In this document: positions 1 through 10,574 of the stretch, piece after piece
How positions within the stretch are numbered: the stretch's first letter is position 1
Layout of the letters: each line of letters begins with the position of its first letter
NCBI GenBank assembly: GCA_038243585.1
Contig: JBBSQY010000002.1
Span: 1 to 64,000 of the forward strand
Direction: 5' to 3'
Origin: Candidatus Sumerlaeales bacterium
GTDB taxonomy: Bacteria; Sumerlaeota; Sumerlaeia; Sumerlaeales; Sumerlaeaceae
Length of the DNA: 64,000 nucleotides
Made by a program: the position numbers and the translations under genes
Notes under the pieces: model-generated
What the model was told of the DNA's origin: nothing
What the model saw: the letters and a program-made list of their open reading frames with translations, nothing else
Database searches by the model: none

Positions 1-266
1 CGCCGCCCGCAGCGGACGCCTTCGCGTCCCAGCTCTATGCGGATTCTCGGCGTGCCGTAGGTGCCGCGGCTTTTGTCAAAGGACTTGCGGATCTTTGCCT
101 TAAGGTCTGCATCGCCGTTGCGCCGTGGCTTTTCCGGCTTGCTCTTGTGGGCGTAATAACCGCTTCGGCTCACCTCCAAAGCCTGACACGCCGCCTGGAC
201 CGGATAGTTTTCAGCCACCTGCTCGATCAACTCAAACCGCCGCGATCTTTGTCCTCGCGCGAGCAT
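1..266 (-). mobile_element. IS3-family transposase OrfB N-terminus; runs off the window edge, OrfA largely missing
   Basis: Manual minus-strand translation: RFELIEQVAENYPVQAACQALEVSRSGYY...FDKSRGTYGTPRIRIELGREGVRCGR, typical of IS3 OrfB (SRSGYY, YGxPRI). Overlapping frame carries an OrfA-like tail CSREDKDRGGLS*. Confidence 0.85.
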
Positions 267-828
267 GCGATTTCGGGGACGCGCACCACTGTCCCTATTG
301 ATTTTACGCGCCTTGCCACTAGGCCGTTTAACATCTAAAGTGCAACACCACGCAAAAAAATATCATCCAAATTCTCGGCGGGCGTCTTCCAACTCAGACA
401 TTTGCCGCTTTTCTTTCTATTGCTTATCCTCCGTGCTTTCGTGCCTTCCTGTCAAAATCTCCCCGGCCTTCATTTAAGACCCCGTGCGGGAATAGCTGGC
501 CGGTTTGGCTTACGATATCTCAGGGCTAGATTTAAATAAAAGATACTCCATTCGCTCTTTGAAATCTCCAGTGACTTCCAACCCAAAGTTAGCATCCAGC
601 AATGCAAATACCAATCGGAATAAACAGTAAGATAATAAAATCAGCCTCTATCGTTGATTTCAAAGCATTTGCGAAATAAATCAGCCAAAAGGGCTACGTT
701 GGTAAGTTAAATATTATCAGCGTTAAAGGCTGATATAAATCCGGCTGCCGATCCGAGCAATTGAAACGGCAATAAATGGCAATGCCAAAACCATGTCTAT
801 ATCGTAATCAAAACGGAATGCGATCGCC

Positions 829-2652
829 TCAGGAGTAAAACCGCAGTACCGACTGCCCCGGCACCGCGCCTTCTCTTAGGACCTGCCATGGGTTTTGGGT
901 CATGTCCACCACCGTAGTCCTCACTGACTGCGGCAGGCCGTCTCCATCAACAATTATGGCAGCCTGACCCGTCAGTTGCTCCCTTGGTTTTTCCCAGGAG
1001 GTGATCGCCAGCGGGCGTCCCAGCATACTGAGAATGGCAAGGGACGTGTTATCCGATGGTTGCCGAACGGCTATGGTGGCCGAATGAGAGACATGGCGTC
1101 TCAGGTTTCCCGCTGCGTTAAATACGAGGGTAAGAGGGCCCGGCCACAGCTCATCCAAGAGCGGTTCCAGCGCGTCCAGATCTGCTTTCACCAGGTGCTT
1201 AAGTTGACTGGTGGAATGGATCAGGATCGACAAAGCCTTATCCTGCGGCATACCGGCCGCCTGCCGCAGCCTTTCGACCGCCGCAGGATTGGCCGCGTCG
1301 GCGGCGAGGGCAAACATTATATCCGACGGAAAAGCCACAATCTGCCCTTCCAGCAAGCGATCGGCCACGTGTTCAATCACGTCCACCGAAGGGAATTCCC
1401 CGGCAATTTTCAGCAGTTCTGGCTTATCCGGAGGCTCAGCGGTTACGGGCGTAGGAACGACAGGCACAGTAGTCACCCCGACCGTAGCACCCTGGTTTAC
1501 CTTCGACTCCGCGACCCGTTCGGCAGCCTTTTGAAAGCCCGGCAAATCGCGCAGGCGCTTTTCAATATCACGCACCTCGGTGGAATCGAACTGATAAAAA
1601 CTGGCCTGATCCAGCGAAGATGGTTTGAAAAACGGGTCTGCGCAGGTTTCGTTTTGATTATCCATGCCGTCGAGAGCGTTCAACAGGACCTCAACGGACG
1701 GATCCCCGGCTTCCAGAAGATCAGATATGCTGCCGTCGCTATTTTGCAGCAGGCCATGCAAAAAATCGGAAACGCGTACGCAGGCGGTATCTGAGCTTCG
1801 GGCGCGCTTTTTTGCATAGGACACCGCTTCAAAAACTTCATCGCTAATGACAGGATCGCTGGTAATCTCCTCGCCGCCGTCGAAGCCGCTCAGATAATCT
1901 TTCAGCAAAACGGGATCCAGGCCCGCATGAGCAAACGCCGAAAGCCAGGGTTCATCGAGCGCGGCAAAATAATGAGCTCCCACCACTTCCAGATGGGAAC
2001 GGGAACGAGCCAGTTTTTGCCCGTGCGTCATCAGGCTCCGAAGGGGGACACTGAAATCCAGGGCGGGTTTTTGCACCTGAACAGGTTCGGTTTTGACAAC
2101 TTTTTTAATGGGCGCCGCCATGGCCGTTTCGAGCTCCTGATACAGGGCAATATCCTGCTCATCCTGATCCGCCGGCGCAATTGGTGGGTCAGTGTTTTTT
2201 GACGTGATTTGTTCAATGTTCGCTGATGTTTTTGCCGGATTAGTTTTCGCAAAAGGGGATGAAGGCGAAGAGGAATTCTGGACAGAATTCAGAAGATTTC
2301 CCACCAAATGGGCCAAAATATTCGGGTCGCTGGCGAAGCAGATCAGTGCCGGCGTATCCTCAAGAATCGTGGCAAGCCGACCCGGTTCAGCGGGGGGAGG
2401 GCACCACGCCACGGCAGTAATCGCAGGATGCAGGGCGGTCGCAAGAGAAGCAGTGAGGCGACCATCGGTGTCGGCAAAAATGCAAAGCGCGCACTGAGTA
2501 GGTTCCAGATCCATGACCCAACGCAAGACTTCCCTGGGAGCCGCCGGAGGGCTAAGTAAAGAAGCAATTTGTCGAAGCTGAAGCTCATGCCGAAACTGTT
2601 TAACCAATCCCGCGCTGTCGTCAGAACCTATAATGGCCACGTGCGATTTCAT
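829..2652 (-). CDS. Multidomain protein: PurE-like N-terminus, Clp N-terminal repeat domain, degenerate TsaC/YrdC (Sua5) domain
   Basis: C-terminus GQIVAFPSD..., WPGPLTLV, TIAVRQP, TTVVDM, VLREGAV is YrdC-like. Middle has two Clp-N-like helical repeats (QKLARSRSHLEVVGAHYFAAL; AKKRARSSDTACVRVSDFLHGLL). Confidence 0.75.
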   Translation of the reverse strand: MKSHVAIIGSDDSAGLVKQFRHELQLRQIASLLSPPAAPREVLRWVMDLEPTQCALCIFADTDGRLTASLATALHPAITAVAWCPPPAEPGRLATILEDTPALICFASDPNILAHLVGNLLNSVQNSSSPSSPFAKTNPAKTSANIEQITSKNTDPPIAPADQDEQDIALYQELETAMAAPIKKVVKTEPVQVQKPALDFSVPLRSLMTHGQKLARSRSHLEVVGAHYFAALDEPWLSAFAHAGLDPVLLKDYLSGFDGGEEITSDPVISDEVFEAVSYAKKRARSSDTACVRVSDFLHGLLQNSDGSISDLLEAGDPSVEVLLNALDGMDNQNETCADPFFKPSSLDQASFYQFDSTEVRDIEKRLRDLPGFQKAAERVAESKVNQGATVGVTTVPVVPTPVTAEPPDKPELLKIAGEFPSVDVIEHVADRLLEGQIVAFPSDIMFALAADAANPAAVERLRQAAGMPQDKALSILIHSTSQLKHLVKADLDALEPLLDELWPGPLTLVFNAAGNLRRHVSHSATIAVRQPSDNTSLAILSMLGRPLAITSWEKPREQLTGQAAIIVDGDGLPQSVRTTVVDMTQNPWQVLREGAVPGQSVLRFYS

Positions 2653-3178
2653 GATCTTAAGTACTAGCGGATAGGGAGCTGGATTCGCTGGAAGGTGAGA
2701 AGGCAGATTGTGGAAAACTCAGAAGATGAGAAGAGGCGGCGGAGAAACGCAAAAACGGGGGCAACTTATCAATTTCGCGTGCCTGCTTTTATATTTTCAG
2801 ATGTGCACATTTTTGCTTTTAGCTGCATTTTTCCCTTGAAAAGAACGCTTCACCTTGAATAAGGGCACCTGTCTCTGGTTTTTTTGCACGTGACTGAATC
2901 GTCTGGCTCAGCATGGGGCGGTCGACTTTCAGCACGCAATGCTTCATCGTGAAGGATAATACCGGTAATAGCCTGATAGCCCCGATGTTTTCAGTGCCAG
3001 AGCCTCGCCAGTAAAAGCCCCCATCAAACCGCGTGAATTCTGCGTGGCATATTTGATCCGGGTGTGGAATTCCACAGAAAAAGGCGAAATGCTGGGCTGC
3101 TGTTATGCGGAAAGCGCAGCGCGACGACGACCGGTAGATATTTTGATCGGGGATATAAAAGGTTAGGGGCCGGCACGC

Positions 3179-4972
3179 ATGAAGAGAGCGCCCGAATCTC
3201 GCGTTTCAGATTTTGAGCAGCTAATAGATTTAGGCAAGGAAAAGGGTCATCTTACCTATGCCGAGATCAATAAGCATTTACCCGAAGACGTAAGTTCTTC
3301 GGATATGGAAAGCCTTCTGGACGAACTGGAAGAGCTGGACATTGAGGTTTACGACGACAAGGATATGGCCGCCCACGCAGCAAAGGGCAAAGAGGCCGAT
3401 GCTGACGTAGAAGAGACTGAGGAAAAGCCGGCCGCTCGCGAGCCGGAAGAGGTTCAGGAAGAGGCCCAGCAGGAAAGCGAAGGCACCAAGATCGATGATC
3501 CGGTGCGTCTTTACCTTATGGAAATGGGCAAAGTTCCATTGCTTACCCGTGAGGAAGAAGTCACTCTCGCGAAAGCAATCGAAAAGGGCCGCCACGAGAT
3601 AACCGCCGCTATCGCCCGTGCCAGCGCCACCGCCGGCGAACTGAAAAAGATTTATACCAGGGTTGAATCCGGCGCGTTCAACCTGAACGATATTCTCCGT
3701 GCAAACGTGGATGAGAGCGATCCCGACGAGCGTAACCGTTATGTCCGACACGTCCTGGATAATCTGGATATTGTCCTGGGGCATTACAGCGAAATTCTTG
3801 ACCGCCTCGACCAGCTTGAAGATCCGTCCCTTTCTGCGGAAGAAGTCGATACCCTTCACAAAGACATCGAAGAACGGCGCGGGATCATCTATCATCACCT
3901 GCTCCGCATCGACTTAAACTTTAACATTATTGAGCAGGTGGCTTCGCGCATTAAAGAAGTGGCGCGACGGATCGAAGAAGCAAACAACGATATCCGCGAC
4001 GTCATCGTGCGAACCATGCTCAGCGAAGAAGATCTTCGCCGCATAGTGAAAAAGACCCGCCGGAACAGCCCCGAAGCCAAAGCCCTGGAAAAGCAGTATG
4101 GGTTTAGCATCGACCAGTTTATCAAAATGGACAAGCGAGTGCGGACCGCGCAACGAGTCGTCAAGCGCCTCGAAAAAGAAGCAGGGAACACCTACGAAGA
4201 ACTCGCTATTATTGTAAAAGAAATTATTGCCGGCGAACGGGAAGCCCATCGGGCGAAGATGAAGGTCGTTGAGGCTAATCTTCGTCTTGTCGTCTCCATC
4301 GCTAAAAAGTACACCAACCGCGGCCTGCAGTTCCTGGACCTCATCCAGGAAGGAAACATCGGTCTCATGCGCGCAGTGGACAAGTTCGAGTATCAGCGCG
4401 GCTACAAGTTCTCCACTTACGCCACCTGGTGGATTCGTCAGGCCGTTACCCGTGCAATCGCCGATCAGGCCCGTACCATTCGCATTCCTGTCCACATGAT
4501 CGAAACCATCAACAAATTGAGCCGTATCAGCCGTTATCTCGTTCAGGAACTGGGCCGCGAACCTACGCCAGACGAAATTGCTGTCAAAATGGGACTGCCG
4601 GTTGACAAAATCCGCAAGGTGTTCAAAATCGCGCAGCAGCCGATCTCGCTGGAAACCCCCATTGGCGAAGATGGTGACTCCACATTTGGCGATTTCATCA
4701 ATGATCCGGATGCTGTCAATCCAGCCAGCGCAGCGGCAAATACCCTGCGCCAGGGCCGCATAGAAGAGGTCCTCTCAAGCCTGACCGAGCGCGAAGAGAA
4801 AGTGCTTCGTCTGCGATTTGGAATCGGAACAAGCGACTTCCCCCGCACACTGGAAGAAGTCGGCACTATCTTTAACGTAACACGCGAACGTGTACGGCAG
4901 ATAGAAACAAAAGCATTAAACAAGCTGCGTCACCCACAGCGTCGTCAGAAGTTGCTCGAGTTCATGGAATAA
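3179..4972 (+). CDS. rpoD: RNA polymerase primary sigma-70 factor
   Basis: Region 1.1, [60 protein letters not shown]. Confidence 0.98.
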   Translation: MKRAPESRVSDFEQLIDLGKEKGHLTYAEINKHLPEDVSSSDMESLLDELEELDIEVYDDKDMAAHAAKGKEADADVEETEEKPAAREPEEVQEEAQQESEGTKIDDPVRLYLMEMGKVPLLTREEEVTLAKAIEKGRHEITAAIARASATAGELKKIYTRVESGAFNLNDILRANVDESDPDERNRYVRHVLDNLDIVLGHYSEILDRLDQLEDPSLSAEEVDTLHKDIEERRGIIYHHLLRIDLNFNIIEQVASRIKEVARRIEEANNDIRDVIVRTMLSEEDLRRIVKKTRRNSPEAKALEKQYGFSIDQFIKMDKRVRTAQRVVKRLEKEAGNTYEELAIIVKEIIAGEREAHRAKMKVVEANLRLVVSIAKKYTNRGLQFLDLIQEGNIGLMRAVDKFEYQRGYKFSTYATWWIRQAVTRAIADQARTIRIPVHMIETINKLSRISRYLVQELGREPTPDEIAVKMGLPVDKIRKVFKIAQQPISLETPIGEDGDSTFGDFINDPDAVNPASAAANTLRQGRIEEVLSSLTEREEKVLRLRFGIGTSDFPRTLEEVGTIFNVTRERVRQIETKALNKLRHPQRRQKLLEFME

Positions 4973-4996
4973 ATACTTTATAAATCGTAATGTTCG

Positions 4997-5032
4997 GGCG
5001 GTAAGCGAGTTGATGCTCGCTTACCGCCTTTT
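4997..5032 (+). terminator. Intrinsic terminator after rpoD
   Basis: GGCGGTAAGCGAG-ttgatg-CTCGCTTACCGCC 13-bp stem followed by TTTT. Confidence 0.85.
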
Positions 5033-5071
5033 GCGTTTACGTAACGGCCACTAGTTCAAAGAAAGTTTCCC

Positions 5072-5821
5072 ATGGCATTCCAGATAATCCCCGCGATCGA
5101 CCTGATGGACGGTGCATGCGTGCGCCTGCAACAAGGCGATGCTTCACGAAAGACCCGATATCCAATCGCTCCGGCGCAGGTGGCGGCGGACTATGCAGCG
5201 GCGGGAGTAAAGCGGATTCATGTGGTAGACCTGGACGGCGCATTTGGGGGCGAACCGAAAAACATGCAGGCAATCCGCGAAATTCGCGGCGCGACGCCAT
5301 CAGATGTCGCGATCGAAGTCGGCGGGGGAATTCGCGAGGCGGCAACTGTCCAAACCCTTTTCGACTCAGGTATTAACTACGCCGTGATTGGCACAAAAGC
5401 CTTGGAAGATATTAACTTTTTAAAGGAAATGATCAACCTGCATGGGTCGCGCATTATCGTCGGAGCCGACGCCCGTGACGGAAAGCTAGCCACCCGTGGC
5501 TGGACGGTTGACTCAGCCGTCGAAGCGGTCCCATACCTTAAACGCCTCCGCGAAGACTTGGGTCTAGCGACAGTCATATTTACCGATATTGCGCGGGACG
5601 GCATGTTTACGGCGCCCAACATGGAAGCCTATCTTGAGTTGCTCAAGATCGAAGGGCTTGAGGTCATCGCCAGTGGCGGTGTAGGCACGATTGGTCATGT
5701 TACAGATCTTGCCCGGCTGAATAACCCTGATTTGCTGGGCGTAATCGTGGGCAAGGCGCTATATGACGGTCAGGTTTCATTGCCTGAAGTCATATCCGCG
5801 CTGCATGAAATTTCGCAGTGA
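5072..5821 (+). CDS. hisA: ProFAR isomerase (histidine biosynthesis)
   Basis: IIPAIDLMDGACVRL, HVVDLDGA, EVGGGIR, TDIARDG, ASGGV, GKALY. Confidence 0.96.
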   Translation: MAFQIIPAIDLMDGACVRLQQGDASRKTRYPIAPAQVAADYAAAGVKRIHVVDLDGAFGGEPKNMQAIREIRGATPSDVAIEVGGGIREAATVQTLFDSGINYAVIGTKALEDINFLKEMINLHGSRIIVGADARDGKLATRGWTVDSAVEAVPYLKRLREDLGLATVIFTDIARDGMFTAPNMEAYLELLKIEGLEVIASGGVGTIGHVTDLARLNNPDLLGVIVGKALYDGQVSLPEVISALHEISQ

Positions 5822-5899
5822 AAACTCAGGACTGATTTTTGCTGTATATAAAGTTTAGACGGTCGGTTCGCCGACATTACTAGAAAAAGGATACTATTT

Positions 5900-6229
5900 A
5901 TGTCGGACATGGTTGCTGAGCTCTCTGATGCCAGCTTTGAAGAGCAAATTGTTACAAACCGAGAAACGTATCTTGTAGATTTCTGGGCGCCTTGGTGTGG
6001 TCCTTGTCGTCTGGTTGCTCCAATTGTTGAGGAGCTTGCCGGAGAGTACAAGGATTCATTAAAGGTTGGTAAAATCAACGTAGACGATCACCAGGTGACT
6101 GCAAGCAAATTTGGTGTAATGAACATTCCAACTTTGCTCATTTTCAAAGATGGCGAGCTTAAAGAACGTATCACCGGCGCGTTGCCAAAACCCGCTTTGA
6201 AACAGGCGATTGATAAAGCGCTGGCTTAG
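5900..6229 (+). CDS. trxA: Thioredoxin
   Basis: DFWAPWCGPC active site, cis-Pro motif IPT, 109 aa. Confidence 0.97.
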   Translation: MSDMVAELSDASFEEQIVTNRETYLVDFWAPWCGPCRLVAPIVEELAGEYKDSLKVGKINVDDHQVTASKFGVMNIPTLLIFKDGELKERITGALPKPALKQAIDKALA

Positions 6230-6254
6230 TCAACAAAACGCTACACCTGCTTTG

Positions 6255-6290
6255 AAGCCGCACGGTCTCTACGAGACGTGCGGCTTTGTT
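6255..6290. terminator. Hairpin terminator between convergent trxA and rluD
   Basis: AAGCCGCACG...CGTGCGGCTT inverted repeat followed by TGTT. Confidence 0.7.
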
Positions 6291-6325
6291 ATGCTATTAA
6301 GATTGGCTCCGCTTCGCGGCGTGTG

Positions 6326-7309
6326 TTATTCTGCCGATGCTCTCAATCGATCAAGGATGAGCTGGTAGTCCGGTGGCGGAGCAGATTTAAAATGCATCGT
6401 TTCTCCAGACTTCGGATGGACGAACTTCAACTCGTGGGCGTGAAGCATCTGGCGGTTGACTTCTTTGATCACCGCCTTAAACTGAGTATCGTAGGGCGAT
6501 ACGAACTGCATGGCCAGCGCGGCGCTGCCATCATACAGGACATCGCCCAGCAGAGGGTGACCAATGTGAGCCATGTGAACCCGAATCTGGTGTGTGCGGC
6601 CGGTATCTAATTTGCATTCGATCTGCGAAATTCCGCCAAATCTATCGAGCACTCGCCAGTGGGTACGCGCTTCTTTTACGTCATGGCCTTCGCGCACGGT
6701 CATTTTTAGCCGATTATTCTGGTTGCGACCAATGGCTGCTTCAATAGTGCCGCGGTCGGTCTGGAACTTACGCAGCGCCAGTGCTACGTAAAGGCGGCTT
6801 ATCTGGCGCGCCTGCAGCGCCTCAGACAATGCGATGTGGGTCTGGTCATTCTTTGCGACCATTATCAGGCCAGTGGTATCCTTATCAAGGCGATGTACAA
6901 TACCGGGGCGTAAGACTCCGCCAATCGTGGATACGCTGTGCGGGCGACCAAGTAACGCGTTAACCATTGTTCCATTGGCGATACCTTTGCCCGGATGAAC
7001 AGCCATGCCGGCGGCCTTGTCGATCACAATAAGGTCGTCATCTTCAAAGACAATACTAAGTGGGATGGACTCAGCCTGTGGGGTTGCCACCTGGGCCGGC
7101 GGCTCGGTCACGTCGATCCTGTATCCAACAGTCACGGAGTGGCTGGGCGTGCTCGGCTTGCGGTTAAGAGCGACGTCGCCACCTTGAATGAGCTTCTGGA
7201 TACGCGTGCGGCTCAGGTGGGGCAAGCGGGCTGCGATGGCCTGGTCAAGCCTTTGGCCGGCCTCTTCTGCAGTCACTACCCATGAATGTTTTGATTCGTC
7301 GTTCGTCAC
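6326..7309 (-). CDS. rluD: RluA/RluD-family pseudouridine synthase with S4 domain
   Basis: GQRLD...SRTRIQKLI (S4), RPGIVHRLDKDTTG, TGRTHQIRVH, LHA. Confidence 0.93.
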   Translation of the reverse strand: MTNDESKHSWVVTAEEAGQRLDQAIAARLPHLSRTRIQKLIQGGDVALNRKPSTPSHSVTVGYRIDVTEPPAQVATPQAESIPLSIVFEDDDLIVIDKAAGMAVHPGKGIANGTMVNALLGRPHSVSTIGGVLRPGIVHRLDKDTTGLIMVAKNDQTHIALSEALQARQISRLYVALALRKFQTDRGTIEAAIGRNQNNRLKMTVREGHDVKEARTHWRVLDRFGGISQIECKLDTGRTHQIRVHMAHIGHPLLGDVLYDGSAALAMQFVSPYDTQFKAVIKEVNRQMLHAHELKFVHPKSGETMHFKSAPPPDYQLILDRLRASAE

Positions 7310-7596
7310 TCTGCGACAGGACCAATTGCGGGCGTGCCTGCTGGTAGCTGCACCTTTTCAGGCAAACCGCCGTCGGCGCCATAAATCATCAATGTCTGTT
7401 GAACCTGCATATCTTCTTCCGCCGTTGTCTTTTCTCTGTGGTAGCGGGCCATGAACAGCCCTCCAATGGCGATGATTGTCATTACCCCCAAAAAGGTAGC
7501 AAACATATATTTGATCTTGTCGCGAGTCTTCATCGGCTTGCGATTTGTAACGTTAGCGGTACTCATTATAGGTTCATTTATAGTGCTGGGTTTCAA
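7306..7596 (-). CDS. Small single-TM hypothetical protein; true start may be a downstream ATG
   Basis: One hydrophobic helix after basic residues; stop overlaps the rluD GTG start. Confidence 0.6.
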   Translation of the reverse strand: MKPSTINEPIMSTANVTNRKPMKTRDKIKYMFATFLGVMTIIAIGGLFMARYHREKTTAEEDMQVQQTLMIYGADGGLPEKVQLPAGTPAIGPVAE

Positions 7597-7712
7597 ATTG
7601 ATTCAAGTAAAGTCTGGCGTTGGCAATGGTTGAAGATAAGGCGGGTGCGTTAACGATTGGGTTCTGCACAGCGCGAATTTTTGAGTAGGCTCGCTGTTTG
7701 AAAAACGCGGTT

Positions 7713-7788
<76 letters not shown>

Positions 7789-7803
7789 CTTATTTCTGCT
7801 GCG

Positions 7804-9546
7804 TTATTTAATAATGTCGGACAGGATGCGTCCTTCTGACGAGGCCGGGGCGGATATTCCCAGGAGGAATGACAAGGTCGGCGCAATGTCTCGCACGTCG
7901 GTTCTGTCTGTGTAGACACCCGGCTGGATATGATTCCCTACAAATATTACGGGGACTTGCGTATCGTAGTTAAACGCGCTCCCGTGTGCGGTTCCAGTAT
8001 CTACGGTGCTGTTATAGAAATACTGATCATTTATCAAAACCATCTCCCCTGATCTTTCGGGATTGAAGCCGTTAGTAACGTATTGCGCCTCTTGTGTGTT
8101 AGGCAGGTTGCCATGTTCGATCTGTTCGCGGGTGTATACGGCGCTGATCCCGTCGACTTCACGAAGTTTATCAGCGATAATTTTTGTGGCAATTCCGATG
8201 TCGATCTTTTGCGATTCAAGAACTGGCATTCGGAATCTTATATAGGGGTCGTAAAACATAACTGTGCCGGTTGTCTTTTTGTCTTTATACTCCGTGCCAA
8301 GGGCTTTTTCCGCAGCCGCGACTATCTCTTTATACAACACCCGCCGAGACGAAGCTTTCATGGTGTGTGTCCACTCAGGAAGGGGAACGGCGCCGTGGTC
8401 TCCGGTAAGGATTATAGTAACGTTATCCAATCCGCCTGGCACAGTTGACCCTAAAAAGTTCAAGAAATTGGAGAGCTGGCGGTCCGCGCGAAGCATTGTA
8501 TCCTGACTTTCACGGCTGTGAGGGCCCCAATAGTGGCCGACACTATCCGGAGTTGACAAACTAACGGCGAGGATATCGGGGTAGAGGTCCTGCCCCAGCT
8601 GCCCGTACTCAATAGCCAGTTTTGCCGTTTCAAATACCATTTCGTTCCCAAAAGGCGATGCCGTCAGCTTGCTGTAATAATCATTATCTGCAATGGCGCC
8701 CGGCTCAGATAGGTTTTTGGGAAATGTAGAGGGAAGTCCTCGGGCTGAACCTACTCCTTCCGCTCCTTCCGGCATACTAATTTTGTAAGCTTCCTGCGGA
8801 AGCAGGTAGTCCCATTCCGCCCCAAGCCAGCGATCTGCCAGATTGGCATCATTGGCACGTTGTGCAAACTCAGGCAGCGCTGTTGGGTGATACCATGTGC
8901 TGGTGACCCACTTCCCATACCTCGTGTCGAACCACACGGCGGCATCGGCATTGTGGCCTGAAGGCAGGATTGCGCCGCGGTCTTTAATAGCGATCCCAAC
9001 GACTTTTGACTGACGATTGTTTGCAAGCTTCAAAGCGTCCCCTACTGTTTCGGCCAAAAGATTTTTTGGGGACGAGCTGCCTCGCCGCACCGCGCTTCCT
9101 GGTACGCCTATGGTAACTTCGTCTGGGTCCCCAACACAGTTTATAGTCAAGCCGGTCGACGTGTGCCATGCATTACCTACGATTCCGGATTTTCGAGGAG
9201 AGGCACCGGTCAAAATGGTCGCGTGGCCGGGACCTGTATGCGTGGGCACATGATTATAATGAGCGTCGGCCATGACAGCGCCTTTTTCCATAAGCCATCG
9301 AAATCCTCCGACTTCGCCATCGGCTCCAAACGCGGGTACAAATTGATGGCTGTACCGGCTCAGTAGATCCGCCCTAAGCTGATCTATAGTAAGAACCAGC
9401 ACCATCCGGGGAAAGTTATGATCGAGTATTGCTCGGTAAGTGTCTCCTTTTAATGGCGGATTGTCTTGGGCTAAAAGGGGAGTAGTGGATAAAAGAAGTA
9501 GATTGGCGGCGATAAGGACGCGAATTTGCCATAGCGATTGCTTCAT
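7804..9546 (-). CDS. Secreted alkaline phosphatase superfamily enzyme, PafA-like
   Basis: Signal peptide; IDQLRAD, THTGPGHATILTG (Thr nucleophile), KDRGAILPSGH, DSVGH, GDHG, AHGS. Confidence 0.9.
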   Translation of the reverse strand: MKQSLWQIRVLIAANLLLLSTTPLLAQDNPPLKGDTYRAILDHNFPRMVLVLTIDQLRADLLSRYSHQFVPAFGADGEVGGFRWLMEKGAVMADAHYNHVPTHTGPGHATILTGASPRKSGIVGNAWHTSTGLTINCVGDPDEVTIGVPGSAVRRGSSSPKNLLAETVGDALKLANNRQSKVVGIAIKDRGAILPSGHNADAAVWFDTRYGKWVTSTWYHPTALPEFAQRANDANLADRWLGAEWDYLLPQEAYKISMPEGAEGVGSARGLPSTFPKNLSEPGAIADNDYYSKLTASPFGNEMVFETAKLAIEYGQLGQDLYPDILAVSLSTPDSVGHYWGPHSRESQDTMLRADRQLSNFLNFLGSTVPGGLDNVTIILTGDHGAVPLPEWTHTMKASSRRVLYKEIVAAAEKALGTEYKDKKTTGTVMFYDPYIRFRMPVLESQKIDIGIATKIIADKLREVDGISAVYTREQIEHGNLPNTQEAQYVTNGFNPERSGEMVLINDQYFYNSTVDTGTAHGSAFNYDTQVPVIFVGNHIQPGVYTDRTDVRDIAPTLSFLLGISAPASSEGRILSDIIK

Positions 9547-9742
9547 ATAATGACAGCCTTTTATATTATTATGTTCTTAACAACAATCGGTCACGACACG
9601 CTAATCAAGCATGAAATGGTGGACGCCCTTTACGACTTCTTTTTGAAATTAACTGATTTCCGGTCAGAAATCCATTGCATTATATGGATTATCTTCGGGA
9701 AGGTGGTTACATTATAATAATGTAACCACGGGAAGTACTGAT

Positions 9743-10300
9743 ATGAAATCCTCGGTTTTAATACGGTTGTTAGCCATGGGTCTGTCGCTGTGTATCCACG
9801 TTAAATCTTCTCCTGCGCAGCGGTCTTCCGGCTCGGCAGCAGCTCCACCTAAAGTTACCCCTTCATCCATGTCCCGAAATACCACCTATTATAGCAAAAG
9901 CGGTAATGTGCAGGGTCGTGCGAAGGTAAGCTCACAGGGGCCCACCACTTATTACGATAAGAGCGGCGCTGTAGAAGCACGCGCTAAGAGTAATTCTGCG
10001 GGAAACACGATGTACTACGATCGGAGTGGATCCGTTATCGGACGGGCCAGGGAGGGAACATCCGGTGCAACGACCTTTTATGATCGAAGCGGCGCCGTGA
10101 GTGTCCGATCCAACAGCAACCCATCCGGGACAACAACTTTCTACGACAAAAGCGGCGCGGTCACAGGACGCGCAAAAACGAGTAGTGCAGGCTCAACAAC
10201 TTACTACGATGCAAGCGGCTCGGTGACCGGCCGCGCAAGCGGCGCAGACGCTGGCAGAATGCCTGGGAGTATTTATCCCGGAAGCAAAGTTGGAAAATAA
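9743..10300 (+). CDS. Secreted protein with six 21-aa TTxYDxSGxVxGRA repeats
   Basis: N-terminal signal-like sequence; six tandem 63-nt units at 9878-10255. Confidence 0.85.
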   Translation: MKSSVLIRLLAMGLSLCIHVKSSPAQRSSGSAAAPPKVTPSSMSRNTTYYSKSGNVQGRAKVSSQGPTTYYDKSGAVEARAKSNSAGNTMYYDRSGSVIGRAREGTSGATTFYDRSGAVSVRSNSNPSGTTTFYDKSGAVTGRAKTSSAGSTTYYDASGSVTGRASGADAGRMPGSIYPGSKVGK

Positions 10301-10574
10301 AGCCCCTAATCCTTCCGATAAGTATGTATAAGGTACTGTTCGGAAAATTATGGCTTAACTTTACTTGCGAACCGTTTTCATGGTTTTCTGTATGAATGCG
10401 GTAAAGCTGCCTTATAGTCGAGTCTTTTTGCAGTCGTTGTTATTGCATCATGGATTTAGTTTTACTTAACAGCAGGGCGCTGACCACTGAAGATGCCAGC
10501 TCACGGCAGTCAAATTGCCTCCGGCCGACAAGAAGCTTGACCCCCATGCTATCGTTGCCCATATCCGGCTCATA

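Noticed and set aside
340..828. AT-rich spacer as a coding region
   Set aside because: No credible ORF; the frames I read were interrupted by stops, probably decayed sequence.
976..1794. 272-aa plus-strand ORF
   Set aside because: Antisense shadow of the Clp-N/TsaC gene; no recognisable motifs.
9878..10255. Possible CRISPR-like periodic repeat
   Set aside because: The 63-nt period is codon-degenerate protein repetition, with no identical repeats or unique spacers.
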